Below are positions 39,254 through 51,050 of a stretch of 64,000 bases of DNA, in pieces; position 1 is the first letter of the stretch; the number at the start of each line of letters is the position of its first letter. The notes below the pieces were generated by a model. It ran no database searches and had not been told where the DNA came from. It saw only the letters and a list, made by a program, of their open reading frames with translations. The translations under genes and the position numbers were made by a program. The DNA comes from Callorhinchus milii (lineage: Eukaryota), in the NCBI RefSeq assembly GCF_018977255.1, contig NW_024704742.1, positions 84,942,001-85,006,000 on the forward strand, given 5' to 3'.

Positions 39254-40396
39254 TAGATAGCTGGCTAACGAATGATTGAAGAATTAACTTTACAGGCATG
39301 CTTAAATTGAAACGTTTGGTCACAAAACAATTTGGGGTTTGGAGAGAATCAAATAAAATTCATATGATCCTGCCCTGGAGAGATAAGTGATGTAGATGAG
39401 TATTTTTTTCTTGAAACTGTGTTTTAGATGTCACCAAATGTCGAAAGTAGTACCAAAGGAAGCTAAATAATATTCCCAAATGAAGAGTCAGCGGTATAAT
39501 CCAAGGAGATAGATCTGTTGTCATAAAACAGCAATTCAAGTACATCTAGCAGTAGCAACGAGAACAAAAGAAACAAAGATTTCTGAAAGGCAGGCCATGT
39601 TGAACTTATTTTTGGAATACAGTTCAACTTTCAGAAGGTCTCCAACAAGGAGGCTCACAGCTTTAAAATCCTTGTGATGCAGGACAATCCCCATTCAGCC
39701 AAACAGAAACCAATTGGGTCATTTTTAAATGTACAGCCAATGGTGGACACAATTCCTGGGATTGATACTGTGCAAAATATAAAATTCTTGCATGCGATAC
39801 AGTACCTAATATCAAATATGTTTTAAAGCATTTTTCAAAGTTTCTGTAAAGTTCAGAAATTTGAAGTAATTGACGTGCAATGATAATGTGATGTCAGGAA
39901 CTTATTTTATTTAGGTAAGGAAGTCAGAATCCACAACTCAATCCCATTATAATGAAGCATGTTACAACCAGATCCTACTGTACTAGGATTACTAAGGAAG
40001 GAATACTGTTAAATGGGACAAGGAAGCAATCATCACAGTTTCATGAACAATCATAATCAAGAATCGCAACACAGAGCAGCAAAGGAAATAAAATGTTTGG
40101 AAGTAAAAAAAAATGCCAGGTATCTAAAAACATACTGGAAGCCATCACCACAATGAGTCTCCAACCAAGCTACACTGCGAATTCCACGTAATCTGTGGGT
40201 TTGGTTTGTCTGGCATGAAGCGTGCCCTCTCCTTAAAGAAACACATTACTTAAAAGTAAAGCAACAAAAGCCATGACTTGAAAGCTCAGTGAGCGCCAAC
40301 TGAAACTAGGGGTACTCCTGGAGCTTAAATCAAGATGTGCAGTTTAATATTACAAACATTGTAATGATTCCCATTGCTCATCTGGCTAGAATAATC

Positions 40397-41400
40397 AACA
40401 ACAACAATTACATGCATTCATTTAGTGCACTTCACGCGGGTAGCATCTTGGAGCGCTTAACAGTGGCTGGCGAAGCTTGAAACCAAGCTGGGGAGGTGAC
40501 CAAAGGCACGGTCAAAGAGGTAGGTCTTCAGGTGTGAACTGAAGACAGGCAAAGAGGGGATAAGGTGAAGGGATGACGCATTGAGTTCCATAATTTCTTG
40601 GCCTATTGGCTGAAAGTAAAGCTGCAGATGGTGTAGAAGGCTGGAACCAGCTAAGCACAGGTGGTGGCTAGTGGATTGGGGTTGGAAAGGTCCCTACCAA
40701 GGTTTTAAGTGATTTGAGCACGAGTGTGAAGATCTTCAAATCTATCAATTCTACAATAGGGAGTCAGTGGAGCCTAGTAGGGATTAGGGTGATGAGTGGA
40801 GAGTTTGGTGCGGGTAAGGACAGAGACAGTGGAGTTTTTAATTAATTGGATTCTATGAATGGTGGAGCTGGGGAGGCAGGCGAGGAGGACAACAGAATAA
40901 TCGAGTTGGGAAATGACAATGCGTGGATGAAGGGTTTGGCTGCACTGGGTGTCATATACAATAGTAGGTGGGCAATGTGTTAGGAAAACGAAGAAGCAGA
41001 TGAAGACCTGGTCACAAAGAGAGAGAGGAGACTTGGTTTGTGACTATGACAGGTGCTATCTCAGTGCTGTGGGCAGGCTGGAAAGGCTCGAGTTGTTAGA
41101 GGAAGGGTAGTTTTTTTTTTAAAAAGTGGTGACAGCGGTGTTGAGGGGGAGTGAGATGGAGCTCGAAGGGGCCAGGTTAACTGTGTCTCCTAGAGGGGTC
41201 AGAAGAAAGCAAGTTGGGTGACCAGCAGCTGGGTGGAGAAGTGGTTGAGGTGAGCTTCTTATGGGTGATGATGGGAGGAGGGAGAAATAGGGGCAAAAGA
41301 GTGTGGTGGAAAGAGGTGGGTGCTGGTGGAAAGAGGTGGGTGCTGGTGGACACAGGGGAGGAGTGGGGGGGTAAGAGACACGAATAGGAATAGTCAAAAA
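40397..41400 (-). mobile_element. Old L2-type LINE remnant with internal deletions
   Basis: (AAC)n tail at about 40397, L2 3' coding similarity at 40730-40980, a proline-rich upstream segment, and a 20-bp tandem duplication at 41304-41350. Confidence 0.55.
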
Positions 41401-42688
41401 TCAATAGCAAAAGTGAACTCCACTTACCTACATTAGGCTCTAATACAAAAGTGGACAGCAGGGGAAGAAAAATCCAACGGAGCAAAAAGGTTACCAGGGA
41501 CACAAGCGTTATGCTTCCAGGGGAAGAAGAGCGAGATGCACATTTCAGCATAGAATTGGCACGTATCAAACTGGAGACGTCCTTCCGACGTGAAAGGCAC
41601 TATACAAATGTAATCTTGTTGTTGTTGATGTAATTATGCAACATGCACAACTACACCATGTACATAAATACAAACATTATCAAAATAAGAGTGCCAAAAA
41701 TAAAAATTATAAAGACTAGTGTAACTATAGGGTAAACAGAATTTGTTCACTTGCGTGTCCAGTGTTTGAATCCGGTCTTGCTTTATGATTAGATGCTACG
41801 GATAGATGCTTGGGGAGCAAAGTTATTAAAGAGCATGGGGAAATGTCAGGGAAATGGTATTGAAAGATCCAATAAACTGATCAAACTGGTTTTTTTGGTT
41901 TCCACCTGTTCCTATGATGCAATAATTGTGGAAGGGCTATCAACAAAATGAGGCAGATCATTTCAGCTCATTTTTCAGCAAATATAAATCCGCATTACAA
42001 ATAATTTTACTCAATAATCCAAAAGATGCTTTGTGTGGTAAATGGAAAACTTCACACTGCTAGACTGAGGTTACTCATTTAAAACAATGCACATAGGTCC
42101 ATTCTGCAACTCTTCCCAGGACCACTTGAGCTGACACTGGATGCCAAACCTAAATTATTCCTTTCCCTGACTATATGTTTACCTTGATGAATCCAAAAGA
42201 TCATGAAACGAAAACAATCATTCTGTAGTTACTGTAAAATGATAAATACGCAACTTGTCAGAAACAATTGTGGTTTGTGACTATCATTAATTCTTCAGTG
42301 TTGAAATTAATGACTGCATATGCCAGCATAACATTCCAGGCAAAGAACATTTCAAAGAAAAATGAGTAGCATTGGAGTAACATGTGGTGACAGACTGGAA
42401 GAGCGTGTTCAACTATTTTTCTTCCTTCCCCCTCACTGAGTTGCCAACCTCAGACACACTACTCTTTGAAAAGTAACTGAGCTGCAACTACCTGCCTCCT
42501 AGTGGTCAGTTTACCTGCACTCAATATCAAGTACCTGACCAAATGAAAAAACATAGTGGCAGAAGATTTTTTAAAAATCAAATACGAATATATCTCAAAA
42601 ACAGCTGAGACTAAACTGAGTTTGAGCAAGTAGCATCCTTTAAGTTTTCTGAATCTTCCAAACCTCAGGACATGATCGCTTCTTTATA

Positions 42689-43030
42689 CTCGCCTCGCAA
42701 GCGAGAGACCCGAGTTCGATTCCCGGCAGGGTGAAATGTTGGGCAAGTTTCCTTTACTCCACGCACCTATGTTTATCTAGCAGTAAAAAGGAACCCGGTT
42801 GTTGGTTGATTTGTGGATCGCTTTTCAGGGGGTAATAATTCCTTCAAAAAATAATAATAATTTGATCACTCAATCCACAACTGTTTGTGGGACACTGCTG
42901 TGACAAATTGGCTGCTGCATTTTGCCCACAAAATTTTTACAGTTAATTAATTTTGCAGTACATTCTGTGAAACGCTTTGCGACACCTCAAAGGCGTAATA
43001 AGGTGCAATATCAAATGCAAGGATTATTAT
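42689..43030 (+). mobile_element. tRNA-derived SINE, long subfamily, 5'-truncated
   Basis: B box GAGTTCGATTC, internal CTAGCAGTAAAAAGGAACCCGG segment, and tail. Confidence 0.85.
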
Positions 43031-44129
43031 ATACAGTCCTAAATATTTCAACGACAAAGCAGTCACTACATTTTACAGTATGTTCTGTGTAGTACTTTGA
43101 GACATCCTCTCATCGTGAAAGGTGCTATACCAAATGCTAGGTTTATTTAAAACATTTCCTTTAATCTGGAGTGAAAAAAATGTTGATAAAATTTTGATTG
43201 GCCAAAAAAAACTCAAATTTGCTCCCAATATGCACAATATAACAAATAGACATGTTTCAAAGCTGCTACAAATTTTGAGTTCTTGATAAATTGTTCAAGC
43301 TTCATTTAGAAAAGCTAATGTGGTTTTCTGAACCCCACTGTTTTGCAAAATACCTATATGAGCTATCCAAAGTGTAATAGCTCATGTGTATACATTAATT
43401 TATCAGAGTATAAACTAATTTAGTGAGGTTATTAAGACCAAAGAAAACAATCATGACCTAAAATAGCAAAGTACTAAATATATTTAGCCCCAAAGAATAA
43501 CCTCCTCAGTCAAACCTGAAAATGCACACTAAATGTTTCCCATAAAAAACTTTTAAAATATTCTCAATAGCACCAGAACTACTTCATAAAGGTAGCAATC
43601 CAAAGAAACTACTCGTTCTGTGAGAGAGAAAAAGACCATTAAAACAGCTTGTTTTGTTTCAGATGCACTAAGCACATGGAAACAGACCAACAATGAGCCC
43701 ACAGAGGATCAAGGCAAACAGGACATAAAACATCAGGTCCTTCCCAAAGAAAACAAGATCCACACATACTGGACTTCCTATTTTTGAGCTTTCAATTGCA
43801 TCTAATTATCCAACGGCTTCAGCAAAAAAACGTGACTGTCATCTGCCATTATTTTAGAGGTCTTTAGGACTCGTGATCATATAGTAAAGAGGAACTACTC
43901 CATTTCTGCTAATGCTAACACTGATTGAGAGGCTATTGCAGAAATAGTGGCCCTACCAGAAACTTGTGAAACTGAGCTGGAAGGAGAAAAGAAACCCATT
44001 CAACAGTACAATGAAACACTTAAAAAGTCAAGAGATTTAAGATTAAACTCTTTTAAAAATATACAAGAGGAATACACGAAATTAAAACAGAAAAAAAAGT
44101 GAAGTTGAAAGGAGAGAAAAGATTCCTAC

Positions 44130-44163
44130 CTTTAAACCGACTGCTATAAGATCTGTGACAATG
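44130..44163 (-). CDS. PTBP3: PTBP3 exon 2, 34 nt ((G)IVTDLIAVGLK)
   Basis: cacag|CATTGTCACAGATCTTATAGCAGTCGGTTTAAAG|gtagga, with a long polypyrimidine tract and a TTCTAAC branch-point match at 44206-44212. The 34-nt length and the TDLI-VGLK peptide fit PTBP3 (PTBP1 exon 2 is 31 nt, as recalled). Confidence 0.92.
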
Positions 44164-45191
44164 CTGTGTGGAAGGAAAAGGGGAAAAGAGAACATATGAA
44201 AAAAAGTTAGAAAGCAAGTTACTCATCCACAGCAGTACAATGAAATTAAAAGAAAGAGGTAGGATAAATGTTTCGTGAAAAAAAAATAAGATTTTTTCAA
44301 AAAAGGGGAGAGAGTATGAGAAGGGTTGCTTTGTGTGTGGACTGCAGCATTCTTTCACGAGTTCTTTTTAAAATAAAAAAATAGACTTTTGCCCCCCCCC
44401 CCCTCCAACAACAAAAAAAAAGTAAAAGGGAGAAATCAGAGATGAAGGTAGAAGGAGGAGGGGGGGAAACAAATCAAGTTTCTCTCCTTACTAATCCTTT
44501 CCTGCCAACTTGGCAACGTTGTATGCCATCTACATCCTCCTCGCCGCCATACAGCCTAACACACAACCTGAAAGACCATCTTCTTTACAAAAGGGCAGAC
44601 ACCAGGCAAACAGTGAAGCAGTAAACTAACTCCCCCCCACCACCATCTGATGGGGGCGGCGGCGGAGAAAGAAAGAAAGAAAGAAAAACAACACGAAACT
44701 CAGGGAAAGACGACATGAAAAAAAAAACAGGCGATCGATCGAGTAACTCCCCTTTCTTCAATCGTTCGTCGTGACACCCCCCCCCCCCCCCCCCCACCAT
44801 TGCGTTATCCTTCCGATCAACTTTCGATTTAAGCGAAGATTTCCCCCCTCCCCTCCCCCCAGAAAAAAAAAGGTGCGATCTGCGACAGCGAGTTTTACGC
44901 ACACTTTCATTTGTGCGGGAGGAAGAAAGATAAATTTTTTTTTCCTTAAAAATCCTCCAGCCAGCACGATAGCCTCGATCTCCCCCACACCCTCTCTCCC
45001 TCTCCCCCCCCCCCCCCACACAAAAAAAAATACTTTTTTTTTCAAAAAAAAAACCCCCCGCAAAAAAATAAAATTGACGTTTTTTTTCTTCGAAGTAAAG
45101 CATCGTGTGTGTGCGCACAAAACGCAACATAATAAACTCATCGACAAGAACGCCACCAGTATATACCTTACTCAACTGTATGTATAGATTT

Positions 45192-45215
45192 TATATATAT
45201 ATATATATATATATA
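45192..45215. repeat. (TA)n microsatellite; others are (CT)n 45498-45518, (ATT)n 54500-54523 and (GT)n 62733-62755
   Basis: Read directly from the sequence. Confidence 0.95.
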
Positions 45216-45239
45216 AAGATGATAAAAACAATCTGAGAA

Positions 45240-45735
45240 GCCGCTGAGCCTCGAGTCAGGAAATCACCGCTCGCACTAACAAGTCGCCCGACTCGACCGC
45301 CAGTCAGTCCGTCCTCCATACTTCAACCAGCCATTGAGACTCCCGACAACAACCACCGCCATTGGGGGGCCCCGACCAGGGCCCATCTCCCTCTCCCTCA
45401 CCGCTTCACTCACCCGTCCATCGCACATACACCAAGAGGTAAGGCCGGGGGTGGGGGGGGGGGAAGCCAGTGCCACAACGCTCCTCTCCACGAAGCTTCT
45501 CTCTCTCTCTCTCTCTCTAGCGCTCCGTCCTGTAATGGTGGCGGCGGCGAGCGGAGCGCGTTGTCCCCTCACGCGAGCCGTGGGGTGGGGGGGGGGGGGG
45601 GGGCGGGGAGTGCTCACCAACCGTCACTCACCCCGCGCGCTAACTCAGCCTCACAAAATGGCGGCGGCTGCTGCTTCGTAGGCAACTGGCCGTCTCCTAG
45701 CAACAGCGCCAGAGGCCTGACAGCCGCCCAGATCC
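45240..45735 (-). promoter_or_regulatory. PTBP3 CpG-island promoter and 5' UTR with a YY1 motif (CAAAATGGCGGC, 45654-45665)
   Basis: High CpG/GC density around exon 1, a GC box near 45600, and minus-strand GCCGCCATTTTGTGAG, which resembles the PTBP1 mRNA 5' end as recalled. Confidence 0.75.
45414..45421 (-). CDS. PTBP3: PTBP3 coding exon 1 (ATG GAC GG; M-D-G)
   Basis: Minus strand reads GTGCG ATGGACGG|GTGAGT: strong Kozak context (-3 G, +4 G) and a consensus donor, inside a CpG island. An 8-nt first coding exon MDG is typical of PTBP paralogues, and it joins exon 2 in frame. Confidence 0.88.
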
Positions 45736-45739
45736 TGGC

Positions 45740-46760
45740 TTCATTTCCTTTCACTTCACACTCGCCCATTTCATCCTCCGCACCTTCACCTCACTCTCCG
45801 CACCTTCACGCTCTCTCACTGCACATTCCAAACACCCACTCACTCACTCACTCTCCCCTTCGCAGTTCCTCGCTCACCTTTCCCACTTATTCACCCACTC
45901 CCTCTTCCTGCACTCACTCACCCACCCCCTTATCTCTCCCACTTATCTCTTCCCCCCTCTCCTTCTTACTCACTCACAATCTCCTCTCACTCACTCATTC
46001 TCCTCTTTCTCATCAACAACTTGCATTTATATAGCGCCCTTCATTTGCGGTAGAGTCTCGCAACGCTTCACAGTGGCGGAGCCTGACGCCCAGCCGGGGG
46101 GAGGTGACTGTAAGCATGGCCGAAGAGGAATGTCTTCAGGTACGATCTGGAAATGGGGAAAGAACGGAGGAGGGATTGGGGGGACAGAGTTGCAAAGTTT
46201 CGGGGTGCAGTGGAGGGGATGGTGGACAAGCAGGAGGCCAGAGCCAGTCCTTCTTACTCACTTCTTACACTCACCTTCGCTCTCATACTTACTCACCTTC
46301 CCCATATCCCCTCCTCACACTTACCTCTCCCTCTCATATGCATTCCTTCTCATGCTTACCTTCATTTCACTCACCCCAGCAAAATCTTGCATTTATGTAG
46401 TGTCCTTCACATATAATAATGCCCTGGAGCACTTTACATAGAGCATCAAGAAGGAAGATGGTGGAAGAGGAGGAGTTTTTTTTTAGATGGCCTTTGAAAA
46501 CAGAGAACAGGAGGTGAGGAAGGGAGTCCCAAATGTGGGATTTATTCTCACACACTTCTGCCCACTCACCTACTCACATCTGCTCACACTCAGACAATTG
46601 AGCACACTAATATATTCCAACACACATAATCCGGCACAAGCTCACCACTCACATTCACTAACTTTAGGGTACATACACTAACTCACTGATCTCCTTTCAT
46701 ATTCACAGAACACACTCAGAACACATAATTCCCTCACACACTCATCAGACGCCATACACC
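45740..46760 (+). repeat. CT/CA-rich low-complexity region ((CACT)n-like) upstream of the PTBP3 promoter, interrupted by L2 tails
   Basis: Dense CTCA/CACT/CTCT repeats with almost no G at 45740-46012. Confidence 0.7.
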
Positions 46761-46764
46761 TTGA

Positions 46765-47132
46765 GGGCCTTGCTCCTCCCTACCTCTGTGATCTGCTGTC
46801 CCCATATCAACCTGTCCGCATATCAACTAGTCCACTCCCTCCACTCAGCAGGCTGGCCTGCTGCATGTCCCCCGCCCGGCCTGCCCCACCATTGGCAGTT
46901 GGGCCTTCAGCTTTTCTGCCCTCACCCTATCCCACATTCCCTCTGCTTCGCTCCCTCCCTTGGCTCCTTCGAGGCACGTCTCAAAACCCTCCTCTTCGAC
47001 TGAACCTTCGGCCACCCTCCTACCCTACCCTCCCCGACCCCAGCTCAGGTTCAAATTCCTGACTGTCCAGCGTCTTGGGACGGCCTCCCGACATGAAAGG
47101 CGCTTTACAAATGTAATTTTGTATTGTATTGT
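46765..47132 (+). mobile_element. L2 3' end
   Basis: Similar to the other L2 3' ends; GGGACGGCCTCCCGACATGAAAGGCGCTTTACAAATG followed by (TTGTA)n. Confidence 0.8.
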
Positions 47133-47470
47133 ACGCACCCACAAATTGTCTCTTCATACTCATGTCTCTCTCTCACACACAGATACAAATAACCTGACAC
47201 ACAAGCCCCTTTCACACGCAGTATACACATCACAGTCTCCACGAGAGAACTGGCAGCTTCTGATGAATTATCAGAAAAAATCTTTCCTTTTTGGATATTG
47301 ATTCACAGGTTGTGCATTGCAACCATTTTTAATTTTAGGGTTTTCTGGTTCAAAAGTACTGTACCAGTAGCAAATTTGCTTTTAACTTGATATAATAGCT
47401 TACCGATATTTGGCAGAAACAAGAGTAATAGGGGGTGGGAGGTGGAAAATTTAGCAATGGTTGAGGCCAC

Positions 47471-48940
47471 TGTCTCAGTGTCTGGCCTTGACATTTCCGA
47501 CCTTAGCATTATGGACAAGGCCATCTCGGACCACTTCCTCATCTCCTTCTCCTCTCATATCCCTCTCTCCTCCACCAAGCCCTCAACCATCCTCTACCGC
47601 CCTTGGAAGAGGCTACCCCCTGAGACCCTCACACAGGCCCTAACATCGTCAAACATCCTATCCCTCTGGCCTTCCACCTGCGGAGATCCTGAAGCAGCCG
47701 TCCAGCTGCTCCATGATCGCCTCTCCTCCACCTTCAACTCCCTCATCCCCCTGAAATCCAGGACCATCTCCAAACCCACCCAATCCCCTTGGAACAACAA
47801 CCATCTCTGCCGCTAAAACACCCAAACCCGGCTGCTCGAGCGCAGATGGCGGAAAACTGGCCTGACAGTTCACTGCCAACTGTGGCTCGAGCATCTCCAC
47901 AGCTACTGCCGTTCTTTGACACGTGCAAAAACAGCCTTCTACTCCAACAACATCTTGGAGGCTAAACACAACCCTAAAATCTTTTATTCCACCACCTACT
48001 GCCTCTTCTGTGCTCCCCCCCTCAGGCCTCCTCAATCTTCATATCAAATGCCAAGTGCGAGGAGGTCATGGACTTCTTTTCATCTAAAATTCACAACATC
48101 CACCAGGCAACCTCATCCACCTGCCTCTTGTCACCCACCATCACGCCCTCTCTGTCCCCCTCACCCTCCCCATCATCTGCTCCTACCACCACCCCCATCC
48201 TACATTTCTTCCTCACTGTCTCTCCCTCCTCCCTCTCACCCACCATCACTTCCATGAAACCCACCACCTGCTGCCTCGACCCCTCCCCACCAACTTGCTG
48301 GTCACCCAGTTCCCCCTCCTCTGCCCACTACTGGCTGACGTCATCAACCAGTCCCTCTCCTCCGAATCAGTCCCTGCCCCCCTCAAAACTGCTGTCATCA
48401 CCCCCTCCTCAAAAAACCTTTCCTAGATCCCTCAAACCCCAGCCACTACCGCCACATTTCAAACCTGCCCTTCTTCACCCGCACCAATCTCCGCTCCCCA
48501 ATTACCCCAGTCCTTGCCAGACTGGCCTGGCTCCCTGTCCCAGAGAGGATCGATTTCAAGATCCTCACTCTTATCTTCAAATCCCTCCTCTCCTCTGCAC
48601 CCCCCTACCTCTCTGACCTCTCTCCTGAAAACAGTGCCCATTGCCTTCGTTCCTCCAGTTCTGGCCTCCTCCTTGTTCCCTGAGTCCTCCGCTCCACCCT
48701 CGGCGGCCGTGCCTTCAGCCACTATGCCCCGAGGCTCCGGAACTCCTTTCCTTACTCCCTTCGCCTCACCCCTTCTCTTCCTACTTTCAGGTTTCTGCTG
48801 AAGACCTTTCTTTTCGACCGCGCCTTTGATCACCTTTCTCCCCCTCCCCCTGGCTCGGCCCCGGGATCCGTTACTGTAAAGCGCTCTGAGACGCCGTCCG
48901 GTGTGGAGGGCGCTATGTAAATCCAAGTTGTTGTTGTTGT
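47471..48940 (+). mobile_element. L2-clade LINE, internally deleted
   Basis: DKAISDHFLISF, YRPWKRLP and KPTTCCLDP through an ISNLPF-like segment, a jump near 48473 to the 3' region, then a (TTG)n tail. Confidence 0.85.
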
Positions 48941-50534
48941 CTATTTTTGTTCTCTTGTTCAATCCCTCCTGTTTTTCTCCTCACTTGTCCAGAAAACAAA
49001 TTTTTAAGTTTTCTGGGTAGATTGACTTCTCATTTAATTTCTGTGGAACGGAATGTTAATAAACACATTTTGCAGTGTAACATACAAAATCTTGTTTGGT
49101 AATTATTTATCTTTTTCAAATACATAAAACAACAACAACAAAATTACATTTATAGCGTCTTTCACGTCGGGAGAACGTCCCAAGGAGACCAAGCAGAACA
49201 ATCCTATTGGGTCATAGTTCATTTCGTTTAGTGTTGCTTGGGGAGAAATACAAAAGCTCACACAAAGATTTTAAAATGTTACTCTCTTAATATTGAGGAG
49301 GCTTGTTTTTTTAAAATGCAAGTCATATCATTGAAAGTGAAACAAACTAAGTTTTGGGTTAAAATTATAGAGAACATGAGGGTGTTTCTACCTTCCGTTT
49401 ACACTTCATGAAAGAAAATGATGTGATGTGTTGAGAGGAATGTGCCACATACCAGGCTTTTTTTTCTCTCTATTTCCTCTCCTTTCTTCTTCCCTCCAAA
49501 AGGTTTTTCCACACCAGTTACAAAAGATGCACTTTCTCCTAACATTTAAAAACATTGTAGAACTGAATTTACTTTACCAATATAATTTTCCAGGCTTTTC
49601 AAGTTCTACAATAATAGTCTTTGGAGACATACATGTGATATATGAATGCTTGAAAAGAACAATGGGATCTAATTTGTCACACCGGAATTGCACAAATAGG
49701 AACTCCTTCCAGTAAGTGGAAGTGCTGTACATTGCAAATGGCCTGCAGGAACTCTACTCTGACACAATTTACCTACGGATTGGGGTTCCCGTAGGCCAAC
49801 GGGAATTCTAACAGGATTCCTTACCATAAATTAGGCCCAATGTTTTCAAATCTGGGATGTAAAGATGTCCAGGGTAATGTTAATTTAAGTTTCACAGCTA
49901 CAAAGCGGTTATGTTTTAGGAAAATAATAATCTTTACTTACAGGCTCAACTTTCCTGAGGGAATTTTTTACATAATTTTTAAAATTGATTTAAAAATCAA
50001 TCCAGCCACTCCTGCTTTCCTTGTACTCCCTGTGACAGACACAGCAATGATCCTATCACATCGGCCTCTACTAGGAAACAAGAGTCAGATTACAATTTGG
50101 GTAGGATGACGAAGCCTCAATTACCTCAGTCTGCACAGATCTTAAAGTAATGGGACTGTGGTAATGAAGAAACATAATGTTGCTTATCACTGCATTCCTC
50201 TGGCATAGGTAGTTTTTAAAATCTGCCTTCAGTATATCATTGTTAACGAAAGTACTGCTAGACAACATGCTTTAGAGTCGCTGCTATTTTAATAAAACCA
50301 TATTTGGCAGAGTCATTTTGTATTGCCAGGCACATGACTTTGCATCACACAAGGATTGGGTTACTTAACTGACAATAAGAAAGCACAATGAAAAGGCTGC
50401 ATAGATGTTGTGCACATTCTCCTTCTCCAGCGATAGTTTTTCATTAGATGATTCAAACCTCTTTTTCAGAGAAATATGAACAACAAGTCTGTTTCTTACA
50501 ACCCAAGATAATAACTTAATGAGAGAAAAACAGT

Positions 50535-51050
50535 TTCACTTATATAGCACCTGTCACAAACAACAGCTTAAAGCGCTTTACAATGACTGAGTGGGAGCCT
50601 GATCAAGCAGGGAGATAGGAAGGGTAGGACGGAGGCGGCAAGAAGAAGTGGTGGAGGTGTGTGATGGTAATGAAAGGGAAAGTTAAAACTCATCCAGGAC
50701 TTGATGTCTGACAGGCTGTCGGTCAGAACAGCAGGGATCCTGGAATTGAGGGGAAGGGCAGAGATGGAATTGGGTGTCATCCATATAAAAGTGGATCTCA
50801 TCCCTATAGATGATGTCACGAAGGGAGAAAGAGGACCAAGAATAAAACCCTGAGGAACTTCACATGTGATTGCAGGGACAGGAGAAGTTATTGGAGAAGA
50901 CATAATGAAAACCCTGGGATAGGCAAGAGTGAAAGCAGGAAAGGACAGAGCAGGGAAGAGAGATAGGATGGAGAGAGTGGAGAAGGATAGAGGGTTCACA
51001 ACAAAGTCCGAATAAAGGCCAACGAGCAAAACAGCAGCCGCTGTCTTGCA
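50535..51050 (-). mobile_element. Old L2 RT fragment
   Basis: ORF 50568..51077 contains VPQGFILGP and LTDSLSDIKSWMS. Confidence 0.7.

Noticed and set aside
42492..42505. CTCF-like site CCACTAGGAGGCAG (-)
   Set aside because: Mismatch at a core position, and a single motif hit is uninformative without binding data.
44585..45187. Long ORFs of 132-196 aa in intron 1
   Set aside because: Homopolymer-driven low-complexity translations with no domain similarity.
411..45421. Identity as PTBP1 or PTBP2
   Set aside because: The 34-nt exon 2, [24 protein letters not shown] and the divergent HSDL2-like neighbour favour PTBP3, although the 5' UTR start resembles PTBP1.
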